A stretch of 62,858 bases of DNA, filler included, from Actinobacteria bacterium UBA7524 (lineage in GTDB: Bacteria; Actinomycetota; Coriobacteriia; Anaerosomatales; UBA912): the NCBI GenBank assembly GCA_002478275.1. It is 3 parts of 3 records of this genome, joined end to end, with 100 filler letters (N's around TTAATTAATTAA, not from the genome) between each part and the next. Parts side by side here need not be neighbours in the genome. Positions count along the whole stretch, not along the records: positions 1 to 17,327 come from DLMY01000039.1; positions 17,428 to 39,657 come from DLMY01000055.1; 1 more part is not named here. One strand, given 5' to 3'. Position 1 is the stretch's first letter. Each line of letters begins with the position of its first letter. Positions 10,110 through 18,453 of the stretch are shown in pieces. The notes under the pieces were generated by a model that worked only from the letters and a program-made list of their open reading frames with translations, had not been told where the DNA came from and did not search any database. The position numbers and the translations under genes are program-made.

Positions 10110-11354
10110 TTATGCCAGTCTGCGGGCGAGCTCGTCGAACTGCGCGGCACATGCCGTGCGTACCTCCGGCAGCGCGGCCGATATCTCCTGCGCGGCCTCG
10201 TCGCGACGCGAGAGCAGCTCGAGCATGCGCTCCAGGAACTGGGCGGGGTCATTGTCCTGGTAGTCGAACACGTAGCGCTCCTGGCCGAACTGCTTCATGA
10301 CCTCGAGGTACTTGTGACTCCAGCCGAGCACGAGCGCAGGCACTCCGGCCGAAAGCGCGCCGACCATCGCGTGAAAGCGCGAGACCGTCACGCACGAGCA
10401 CGCCATGACGACGTCGCGCAACTCGGCCGCGTTCATGTCGCCGCGGACCGCCACGAGGTTCTCACGCTCCTGCGCCTTGAGGCGATCGACCACATCCGCG
10501 ATCACCGGCAGGTCGTTGTTGCGCAGCTCGCCCCCGGAGGCCGCCCGCGTGGCGTTCGGGAACAGCACGACCGCCTTGCCGCTGCCCAGTAGTCCCCTGA
10601 CGATATCGGCGACGAACCCCGTGTAGTCCCAGCCCTGCTTGCGCGCCCTGGCGGCGATGACCGCACTCGGACACACACCGACGACCTCATGTCCCTCGAC
10701 GACCAGCGTGCGAGCACGGGCGACGATGCGGTCGGCCTCCTCGCGGCCCTCGATCGAAAGTGCATCGCGCTGCTCGAACATGAACGCGACATCGGGAGCG
10801 GGCAGTGTGAGGTCCTCGGGCAGACCCAGTTCGCGCAGGTTCTCGACGGTGACCTCGCCGCGGGGCACGATCAGGCTGCAACGGCGCAGGACCTTCGCGC
10901 AGTAGCGGTTGAGCGGGTTGCGAAACGGGCCGAGCGCCTGCGAGAGCTTGAACACCGGTACGCCGAGCATCATCGCGGGCCAGATGGTCAGCACGTTGAA
11001 CGGCAGGAACTTCTCGCGCCCGTCGATGAAGGACACGCCTGCCAGGTCGACAAGCGCATCACACTGCGCCAGCGCGCGTATCGAAGCGGGTGCCAGGCGG
11101 CGAGGCACGCGCAGTCCGCGGACGAGCAGCGCCCAGGGCAGGTGCACGAAGACGAGGGCGGCAGGCGTGCACGAGTGCACCGTGATGGAGGGGTCCGAGA
11201 TGAGTGCGCGGTCCTCGGCAGGGTAGTACGAGAACAGCTCGAAGCGCGCGTCAGGATAGCGGTCGCGGAGGCGTCCGATGGTGGTCTCGAGCATCGCCTC
11301 GGCGCCCCGGTTGCCCGCGACCGTGGCTGCGATGACCGCGAATCGGCGCGTCAC
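10110..11354 (-). CDS. Polysaccharide pyruvyl transferase family protein (WcaK/CsaB-like)
   Basis: GNRGAEAML, SQALGPF, APDVAF, SRFHAMVGAL, LGWSHKY motifs; probable GTG start at 11354. Confidence 0.88.
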   Translation of the reverse strand: MTRRFAVIAATVAGNRGAEAMLETTIGRLRDRYPDARFELFSYYPAEDRALISDPSITVHSCTPAALVFVHLPWALLVRGLRVPRRLAPASIRALAQCDALVDLAGVSFIDGREKFLPFNVLTIWPAMMLGVPVFKLSQALGPFRNPLNRYCAKVLRRCSLIVPRGEVTVENLRELGLPEDLTLPAPDVAFMFEQRDALSIEGREEADRIVARARTLVVEGHEVVGVCPSAVIAARARKQGWDYTGFVADIVRGLLGSGKAVVLFPNATRAASGGELRNNDLPVIADVVDRLKAQERENLVAVRGDMNAAELRDVVMACSCVTVSRFHAMVGALSAGVPALVLGWSHKYLEVMKQFGQERYVFDYQDNDPAQFLERMLELLSRRDEAAQEISAALPEVRTACAAQFDELARRLA

Positions 11355-11391
11355 GACGCCGGCCCCGCGAGTGTCTTGGAGTGGTGCGCTC

Positions 11392-12582
11392 TCACGACAA
11401 GGACTCCAGTCCTTTGAGGACGTACAGGCGGACCGTGTGCCACATTCGCGGCTCGTCGAGCACCGCGGCCGCCGCCTCGTCCGTCTTCGTCCTGATGTAA
11501 CCGCGCAGCACCATGCGCGCGGCGAGGTACTCGTGCCACCGCACGCGCACAGGCTCCCCTGTCGCTCCACCGCGATCAGGGACCGTTATACCCAGGCGCC
11601 TTCCCGCCTTCGCGCGTGCCGAGACATTGTAATGGAACGGGGCGGTCCTGCGCTGCCCGTCCAGTATCTCCGCCGAGGAGACCTCTGTCGCCTCGAGCGT
11701 CCCCGCCTCCTGTGCGACGTCGAGCGCACGGGCGCCGGCGGCGGTCTTCACGAGGAGCGCGGTGTGTTTGACCGGGTCGTCCTTGTAGCGGCTGCTCCAC
11801 AGGTCGCCCGCGCTCATGTCGGCGTCGTAGCCGAAGTGGTCGCCGCACGAGAGGCACTTGCGCGCGGCGCAGTAGTAGAGGTTCTGGTAGAGGCTGTAGG
11901 TGGAGAACGGGCGCTCGACGGTGACGGTGGCGGGGGCGGCGCTCGCGTCGCCGGGCGCGTCCGCGGTAGCTGCGGCGAACTGCGCGCTCAAGCGCCCGCG
12001 CCAGTGCCCGGAGCGGAAGCGGAACGCCGTGAGTCGCGGGGCGGCGGTTGCGGCGGCCAGCGCCGGGTCGGCGGCGGCGGCGCGCGCTAGGCGCTCGACG
12101 AGCGCATCGACCAGCCGCGGCTCGGTCGCGTGCCCGCAGAACAGCGCGATACGCAAGGCGACCTTCCCGGCCAGTTCCGGACGCGCAGCGAGCGCCGTGA
12201 TCTCGCACGGCAGCGCGACGACCGCCAGGCGCCCCTCGAACGCCTCGATCTGCGGCATCGCCTCGCGAAGGAAATCGCCCAAAACGTATGTGCTCCCCTG
12301 CGCGGCAAGGACTTCTGCGGTCGTGCGTGCGATGCGGTAGCGCGCGCGTACACGCCCGTCCTCGACCGAGGTCACGCACACGAGCGCGCCGTCGACCTCG
12401 CCGGCGGCAAGCAGCGCCACGAGCACCGCGCTCACCGCTCCTCCCGACGCAGCGCGCTCCCGAACCTCGCTTCGCGCGGCATGCGCGACGTACGTGGCGA
12501 GGTGGTCTCCCAGCATCGCCGAGATCTCCTCGGCGGACCAGGAACGGGACGTGAGACGCTCGGCGAGTGTGGAGATGGGCAT
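11392..12582 (-). CDS. Coenzyme F420 hydrogenase/dehydrogenase beta-subunit (FrhB/FdhB)-like protein
   Basis: ASGGAVSA, GSTY, ALPCEI, LFCGH, FRSGHWRG, CLSCGDHFGYDADMSAGDLW motifs. Confidence 0.85.
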   Translation of the reverse strand: MPISTLAERLTSRSWSAEEISAMLGDHLATYVAHAARSEVRERAASGGAVSAVLVALLAAGEVDGALVCVTSVEDGRVRARYRIARTTAEVLAAQGSTYVLGDFLREAMPQIEAFEGRLAVVALPCEITALAARPELAGKVALRIALFCGHATEPRLVDALVERLARAAAADPALAAATAAPRLTAFRFRSGHWRGRLSAQFAAATADAPGDASAAPATVTVERPFSTYSLYQNLYYCAARKCLSCGDHFGYDADMSAGDLWSSRYKDDPVKHTALLVKTAAGARALDVAQEAGTLEATEVSSAEILDGQRRTAPFHYNVSARAKAGRRLGITVPDRGGATGEPVRVRWHEYLAARMVLRGYIRTKTDEAAAAVLDEPRMWHTVRLYVLKGLESLS

Positions 12583-12585
12583 GGG

Positions 12586-13602
12586 TTACGCCGATTCCTC
12601 GGGGAGTGTGTCGGCCGTGCGCATCGAGCGGGCATCGCGGATGCCGATGCCGGTGAGACGCTGGAGGTAGAGTGCGGCCGGCACGCCCATGATCAGCAGC
12701 CAGACGAGCATGACCGCGCGGTCGATGACCGAGGCAGCCAGGCCGAGGCTGGCGGCGATGCCGACCATGGCCGAGCCCGCCGCGGCGCCGCCTTCCTTGA
12801 AGCCGATGCCGCCGGGGATGACGCTCAGGCGGTGGGCGAAGATGCCGACTGCCGTTACGACGAGCGATTCGCTGAACGTCGCGCCGTAGGAGAGCGCCTC
12901 GAAGGCCCACATCGTGCGCAACGCGGCCAGACCGACAAGGGCGAAGTTGATGACGAGCTCGACGGCGAGCAGACGGCCCGAGCCGAAGATCAGCCCCAAC
13001 CCGTCGACCACGCGTGCTGCGGCACGTACGGCACGCGAGTCGTGGGCGTCGAAGCGGCCGGTCGTGCGCGTACGGCCCCACACGACCAGCAGCGCCGCGG
13101 CAGCGGTCGGCGCGAGCAGCAGTGCCCACGCGAGGCGCGCGTCGCCGCCCTCGACGAGCAGCGCGGCGCCCGCGCACGCGAACGCGACCCACAGGTGGAT
13201 GACGGTGCTGCCCGCCACCAGGGCGCCGAAGTCGGCGAGACGCACGCGGTATCGCGCCCGCATGAGGACGCCGTTTAGGAGCGTGCCGGTTTTCATCGGC
13301 AGGTAATTGAGCGTGGAGACCATCAGGCCGAGCAGCAGGCCTTCGCGGCCGGGGATGTGACGGTCGAACCGGCCCGCGAGCACCTGCAGCTCGATGCCGT
13401 TCAGGGCGAAGGTGGCGAACGTGCTTACGCTGATCAGCGCGAACAGCGCGGGCGTGAGCGCGAACGCGGAACGCAGGTCATCGCCGCGTGTCCACAGGAT
13501 CCACGCGACGAACGCCACGGCGGCGATGATGGAGGCCCCCTGAAGCGCGCCTGCCCTGCGGGTCAGGGCAGCGCGGAGTCTCGATAGGCTGGAATCGGCC
13601 AA
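12586..13602 (-). CDS. Lysylphosphatidylglycerol-synthase-TM / flippase-like (UPF0104) membrane protein
   Basis: Multiple TM segments; NYLPMKTG and IPGGIGFKEG...DRA motifs; TTG start. Confidence 0.75.
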   Translation of the reverse strand: MADSSLSRLRAALTRRAGALQGASIIAAVAFVAWILWTRGDDLRSAFALTPALFALISVSTFATFALNGIELQVLAGRFDRHIPGREGLLLGLMVSTLNYLPMKTGTLLNGVLMRARYRVRLADFGALVAGSTVIHLWVAFACAGAALLVEGGDARLAWALLLAPTAAAALLVVWGRTRTTGRFDAHDSRAVRAAARVVDGLGLIFGSGRLLAVELVINFALVGLAALRTMWAFEALSYGATFSESLVVTAVGIFAHRLSVIPGGIGFKEGGAAAGSAMVGIAASLGLAASVIDRAVMLVWLLIMGVPAALYLQRLTGIGIRDARSMRTADTLPEESA

Positions 13603-13751
13603 ACCTGCAGCACGCTCCTGTGCCGGGGAAACACGGATACGACGCAGCCGATTATGCCACGACCGGCCCCCCTTCGACGCATCGGAGCGCCAGGAAGGGC
13701 CTGCCGTGGTCTTCGAGGGAGCCGCCGCCTCTGCGCTATGCGCCCCCTCGG

Positions 13752-16562
13752 CTACAGTCCCGCCGCTGTCTTGGCGGCCGTCTCCACGGAGGCGCTGACC
13801 GCGCCCGTTCCACCTATGATGAAGAGAGTGTCTATGTCGGCCGCATGACCCTTGAGTGCGGCTTCTGCCTGACTGGCGAGCACGTCACCTCTGGTCAGGA
13901 GCATCACGGTGTCGAAGGCTCCGAGCATCGCGCCGCCCGACAGCGCATCGGGGAAGTTGGTTCCCGTCGCAATGCCGACGCCGTTCCAGTTCAGTCCGAT
14001 CGACTCACCGTGCTCGGCCACGAGCGCGGCCGTGGCGTACCTGTTGGCCCCGCCGATCCGCGTCACGTTGCCCTGACCGAGCTTCGTCTTGAGACTCGTC
14101 TCGACCGCCGCACTGACCGCCCCTTCGCCTCCCAGGATGTACGCCTTGGTCGTGGCAGCCGGAACGTAGAGGGCGCCACTCGAGGGGTTCGCCAACAGGA
14201 TGGGCCAGACCTTGGCTGCCGCAAGCGGACTGGCCGCAAGCGCATCGGGGAAGTTGCCGCCCGTAGACACGAACGCCGTGCCGTCGTACTCCGGTCCCGC
14301 GACTTTGATGACCTCATCAGCGACCGCACGGGCGGTCGCGTAACGGGTCGAACCGGCCAGTCTGGTCACGTTGCCTGAACCCAGGAGCGTCTTGAGGGCA
14401 TCCTCGACGGCAGGTGATAGTGCTGCAGTGCCGCCCAGCACATACGCCTTATTGGCTTTGAGGCGAATGATCTCGTCCCGAACCGCAGTGGGCAGCGAGG
14501 TGGGCTTGACCAGCAACAAGGGGCCTTCGCAGGCGCCGGCCAGAGCACTGCCGCCCAGCGCGTCGGGCCAGTTGGCTCCCGTGGCGATCACGACGGTGTC
14601 GGCACCGCTCGGAAACGCCTTCTTGGAGCCCTCGACACCTGTCGCGTACCGGTCGGCGCCGGCGACACGCACCACACCTACGGGTAGCACTGGGCCTGAA
14701 GTGACGGTGATGGTGAAGGTCTGTGCCGCGGTCGTCTTGGCGGCCCCGCCTGCGGTAGCATCATCGGTAAGGGTCACGTTGACCTGGGTGGAGCCGGACT
14801 GCCCGGCGGCCGGGGTGAACGTGAGGCGGCCATTCGCCGCGACTGCGGGCTGCACGCTGAACAGCGAGGTGTTCTGTGGTGTCACGTTGAACGTGAGCGA
14901 CTGTGCGGATTCGTTCGCCGGACCCGCAGAGATCGCGGTGGCCCAGCTGGAGGAGTAAGCGCCTGAATCTTCCACGACGCTCACATCGGGGCCCTTCGTG
15001 AACGAAGGCGCATCGTTCACGGGCGCTACAGTCACCGTGACCGTAGCGGGCAACGAATAGGCCACGCCGTCGTATGCCCGATACGTGAAGGTGTCGGTGC
15101 CGTTGTAGTCCGTGTTGGCAAGGTAATTGAATGAGCCTTCCTCATGCAGGGTGACCTCACCATTCGCCGGCTGCGTAAGAACGAAGGCCTCCAGCGGATC
15201 GGCGTCGGAATCCGTGTCGTTTTCCAGGACTCCCGGAGCAGGGACGCTCAGGAGTGTGTCTTCCGTCGCGGCGTAAGCATCCTCCAGGGCCTGTGGCGTG
15301 TTCGGGTTGGCGGCGCCCGGTGTATCACAGCCCACATTTGGATCGCCCGGGCCTATCCGCCAAACAGAACCGTCGAAGTAAACGTGCATCGGGGTAAGAC
15401 TGCCGTCTGGACCCACGGACGGCGGTCCGTAGTGCCATGCTGCAGATACGGGTGGATTGGGCTCGGCGATGATCGCCACTTTGTCCACGATCTCCGTCCA
15501 CGCCCCGACATCGAGCACCCCGTCGTCATCCGTGTCCAGGTCCTGGTCGAGAGATCCGTAGAACCCTCGCACGAGCAGGTGTGTCGTGTTGTCACCGTTC
15601 TCGAATACCAGGCGGTCCTCTTCAGTCGTGTAGTCCGCCGTCCCGAGCTTGAAGGTGGGTTCAGCCACGACGCAGTACCCGTCATCGGGAACCGTCTGCC
15701 CGGTCAACGGCACGACGCACTCAATGACACCGCTACCTCCCGCAGCCGAATCACCGATGCAGATGTAGGTATAGGTGGAAAGCGAGAGTCCAGGAGTCGC
15801 ATACAGCTCGAAATACTCATCGTCGTCTGTGCCGGGCTGGTCTGCCCGAATCTCGTTGATGCGCAACGCGAAATCGCCGGCAGGATTGGCGTAGCCCGGG
15901 GTATCGAGACCCGTGCCGATATCCATCGAGCCCATATACCACTCTGAGTCGTGATAGTAGACATGTGCCGGAGGCAGGCTGCCTGAAGGGCCCGCCGTGG
16001 GTGGACCATAGTGATACTCGGTCGATGCAGGCGGGTTCTCCTGCATGATCACCGCGACCTTGTCGGTGAGCTCGGTCCAGGGTGTGACATCGAACACGCC
16101 ATCGTCGTTCGTGTCCAGGTCCTGATTCAGAGCTCCGCTGAAGTTCTTGACGAGCATGTGGGTCACGTTATCGCTGTTCTCGAAATTCAGAGCGTTTGAC
16201 GCAGTCGTATAGTCAGGCGTCCCAAGCGTGAAGGTGGGTTCGGCGACTACGAAGTAGCCGTCACCGGGCATCGTCTGTCCCGTCAAAGGCACGACACACT
16301 CGATCACTCCACTGCCAGAACCCATGACGGACCCGTCACCGATGCAGATGTACGTGTAGTCATCGAGCGGCATCGCCGGTGTGCCGTACAGCTCGAAGTA
16401 CTCGTCGCTATCGGTTCCGTTCTGGTCGTGACGGATCTCGTTGATGCGAACGGTGTAGACGATTGCGACGCTCGGTGACGGCGCGAACGCAATTCCTGAA
16501 AGCATAAACAGCAATGAGAACACCAGCGAGAGAAGTCGACGAATTCGAGAGTCGGCGCACAT
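13752..16562 (-). CDS. Cell-surface protein: two lamin-tail-like domains, Ig-like/Big_9 domains, three CWB2 repeats
   Basis: Signal peptide; duplicated RINEIR.DQ.GTD.DEYFELY domain; PQALEDAY...DTFTYRAYDG; GADRYAT...NWPDALGG CWB2 motifs; GAGGGG RBS before ATG 16562. Confidence 0.88.
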   Translation of the reverse strand: MCADSRIRRLLSLVFSLLFMLSGIAFAPSPSVAIVYTVRINEIRHDQNGTDSDEYFELYGTPAMPLDDYTYICIGDGSVMGSGSGVIECVVPLTGQTMPGDGYFVVAEPTFTLGTPDYTTASNALNFENSDNVTHMLVKNFSGALNQDLDTNDDGVFDVTPWTELTDKVAVIMQENPPASTEYHYGPPTAGPSGSLPPAHVYYHDSEWYMGSMDIGTGLDTPGYANPAGDFALRINEIRADQPGTDDDEYFELYATPGLSLSTYTYICIGDSAAGGSGVIECVVPLTGQTVPDDGYCVVAEPTFKLGTADYTTEEDRLVFENGDNTTHLLVRGFYGSLDQDLDTDDDGVLDVGAWTEIVDKVAIIAEPNPPVSAAWHYGPPSVGPDGSLTPMHVYFDGSVWRIGPGDPNVGCDTPGAANPNTPQALEDAYAATEDTLLSVPAPGVLENDTDSDADPLEAFVLTQPANGEVTLHEEGSFNYLANTDYNGTDTFTYRAYDGVAYSLPATVTVTVAPVNDAPSFTKGPDVSVVEDSGAYSSSWATAISAGPANESAQSLTFNVTPQNTSLFSVQPAVAANGRLTFTPAAGQSGSTQVNVTLTDDATAGGAAKTTAAQTFTITVTSGPVLPVGVVRVAGADRYATGVEGSKKAFPSGADTVVIATGANWPDALGGSALAGACEGPLLLVKPTSLPTAVRDEIIRLKANKAYVLGGTAALSPAVEDALKTLLGSGNVTRLAGSTRYATARAVADEVIKVAGPEYDGTAFVSTGGNFPDALAASPLAAAKVWPILLANPSSGALYVPAATTKAYILGGEGAVSAAVETSLKTKLGQGNVTRIGGANRYATAALVAEHGESIGLNWNGVGIATGTNFPDALSGGAMLGAFDTVMLLTRGDVLASQAEAALKGHAADIDTLFIIGGTGAVSASVETAAKTAAGL

Positions 16563-16760
16563 GAGAACCCCCTCATCGGAGTGCGCCCGGTCTCGGACGG
16601 CACCGTGAGCGCACGGGTCAGATAAGACCGCGAATCCCCTTTCGCGGTAAGAGTATGTTAGACCGCTCACCAGGCTTGCGCAACGCTTCAATCGCTTCTC
16701 ACGGCGCGCTTGAACCTGGCCTGAGTATCGCCCGATAACGGCCCGGGTATAGTCTCATCA

Positions 16761-17327
16761 CTAAGCGTCGGTCCCACTCGATGCGTCCTCGCACTCGCCG
16801 GTCCAGCCCGGCGGCTCGTAGACGCAGTAGGGCTCGGCATCGAGGTAGTCGCCGGTGATCTCGAGCGCGCGGGCGCGGCAGCCACCGCATACCGCCTTGT
16901 ATTCGCACGCGCCGCACTTGCCCTTGAGCAGCGAGTAGTCGCGCAGGTCGTTGAAGACCTTCGACCCGGTCCAGATCTCGCTGAACGGCTCGTCCTTGAC
17001 GTTTCCGAGCTGCATGTCGAAGTACCCGCACGGCTGGATGTCGCCCGTGTGGGAGATGAAGCAGAAGGTGATGCCGCCCAGGCACCCGCGCGTCATCGCG
17101 TCGAGACCGTACTCCTCTCGCGTGACCTTCTTGCCTTCGGCCTTGGCGAGCTGGCGGATGATGCGGTAGTAGTGCGGCGAGTCGGTCGGCTTGAAGTGCA
17201 GCGGGCTCGTCTTCTGGCGATGGTACGCCCAGGTGAGCACTCGCTCGTACTCCTCGGGCGGAAGCTCTTGTTCGAGAAGATCACTCCCCCGCCCGGTCGG
17301 CACGAGCATGAAGATGTGGAACGCGTC
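16761..17327 (-). CDS. Radical SAM/SPASM protein, AhbD/NirJ-like heme biosynthesis enzyme (C-terminal part; 5' end lost at contig end)
   Basis: PHYYRI, RGCLGGITFCFISHTGDIQPCGYF, KGKCGACEYKAVCGGCRARA...EPYC SPASM cysteines. Confidence 0.8.
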   Translation of the reverse strand, partial: DAFHIFMLVPTGRGSDLLEQELPPEEYERVLTWAYHRQKTSPLHFKPTDSPHYYRIIRQLAKAEGKKVTREEYGLDAMTRGCLGGITFCFISHTGDIQPCGYFDMQLGNVKDEPFSEIWTGSKVFNDLRDYSLLKGKCGACEYKAVCGGCRARALEITGDYLDAEPYCVYEPPGWTGECEDASSGTDA

Positions 17328-17427
17328 NNNNNNNNNNNNNNNNNNNNNNNNNNNNNNNNNNNNNNNNNNNNTTAATTAATTAANNNNNNNNNNNNNNNNN
17401 NNNNNNNNNNNNNNNNNNNNNNNNNNN
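17328..17427. other. Artificial contig-joining linker
   Basis: 44 N + TTAATTAATTAA (stops in all six frames) + 44 N; genes are truncated on both sides. Confidence 0.95.
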
Positions 17428-17786
17428 AAGATGTCGCGGATGATGCCGCCGACCCCGGTCGCCGCGCCTTGGTAGGGCTCGATCGCGCTCGGGTGGTTGT
17501 GCGACTCCATCTTGAAGGCGACCGCCCAGCCGTCGCCCACACCGATCACGCCTGCGTTCTCGCCCGGGCCCTGCAGCACGTGCGGGCCTTCGGTGGGAAA
17601 CATCCGCAGTGCCTTGCGCGAGTGCTTGTAGCTGCAGTGTTCGCTCCACATCAGCGAGTACATGTAGAGCTCGGTGATGGTGGGTGTCCTGCCGAGGAGT
17701 TCTGTGACGTGCTCGTACTCGCTGTGCTTCAGTCCGAGCTCGGCGGCGAGTTGCGGGGCGAGTTCGGGCGAAAGGTCTTGGCGCAT
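17428..17786 (-). CDS. purL: Phosphoribosylformylglycinamidine synthase subunit PurL (N-terminal fragment, truncated by contig end)
   Basis: [46 protein letters not shown]. Confidence 0.95.
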
Positions 17787-17830
17787 ACGGTATCGCTCCT
17801 CGGGTGATAGCGCGTCAGGCTGACAGGTGC

Positions 17831-17836
17831 ATTGTA
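17831..17836 (-). promoter_or_regulatory. Candidate -10 box (TACAAT) for purL
   Basis: GGCTACAAT on the minus strand about 45 nt upstream of the purL ATG. Confidence 0.4.
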
Positions 17837-17876
17837 GCCGAGGAGTGCCTGTCGCGGGCGGGCGGATTCGCGGCCC

Positions 17877-18134
17877 TCAGCGGTAGACGTCGCGGCGATG
17901 ACCGACCTTGACTACCCACACCGTGACGATCTCGTCCGCGATCTCGTAGATGATGCGGTAGTCGCCCTGGCGCACCCGGTAGCGCTCAAGTGTGCTGAGC
18001 TTCTCAGCACCGGGCGGACGAGGATCTGCGGCCAGCGACTCGATGCGCGCCATGATGCGCGCTACATCGCGGGCCGGGATGCGCGCGAGGTCTTTCTTGA
18101 CGCTCTCCCGGAACCGGATGCTATAGCTTGCCAT
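17877..18134 (-). CDS. Type II TA toxin, RelE/ParE family
   Basis: MASYSIRFRESVKKDL...DPRPPGAEKL...YRVRQGDYRIIYEI...VVKVGHRRDVYR. Confidence 0.92.
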   Translation of the reverse strand: MASYSIRFRESVKKDLARIPARDVARIMARIESLAADPRPPGAEKLSTLERYRVRQGDYRIIYEIADEIVTVWVVKVGHRRDVYR

Positions 18135-18354
18135 CGTCTTTGAGCCACTTGACCATGTCTTCGAAGGCGACGAACGGCTCGTTCGCCCGCGCATCGAAGG
18201 CGGCCAGGTCATCGGCGTCCTCGCGCAACATCCCGCGCACCGCGTCGTTGACCAGCTCGGAAATGGACTTGTCCTGGATGGCCGACTTCATCCGAAGCGC
18301 GGCATGCAGGTCCGCATCGAGGTATATGGTGGCCCTTCTGGCCTCGCTGCCCAT
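18121..18354 (-). CDS. Type II TA antitoxin, CopG/ribbon-helix-helix family
   Basis: RATIYLDADLHAALRMKSA...SISELVNDAVR; overlaps the toxin start; GGAGG RBS. Confidence 0.88.
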   Translation of the reverse strand: MGSEARRATIYLDADLHAALRMKSAIQDKSISELVNDAVRGMLREDADDLAAFDARANEPFVAFEDMVKWLKDDGKL

Positions 18355-18380
18355 GAGTCGCGACACCTCCCTGCACAAGA

Positions 18381-18418
18381 TGATAGCACCATGACGCTAT
18401 GACGTCATAGTGCTATCA
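18381..18418. promoter_or_regulatory. Palindromic TA operator
   Basis: TGATAGCAC (18381-18389) and GTGCTATCA (18410-18418) form an inverted repeat enclosing the perfect palindrome CTATGACGTCATAG (18397-18410), directly upstream of the antitoxin. Confidence 0.7.
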
Positions 18419-18453
18419 CACTTTGCATTCCTGCGCGCGCCTCCGCGACGCAC

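Noticed and set aside
17328..17427. TTAATTAATTAA inside N runs (also 39658-39757) as a biological motif, and any linkage such as ahbD-purL or CRISPR-DUF1003/ATP synthase
   Set aside because: Identical 44N-12-44N six-frame-stop linker used to concatenate contigs; neighbours across it are not necessarily adjacent in the genome.
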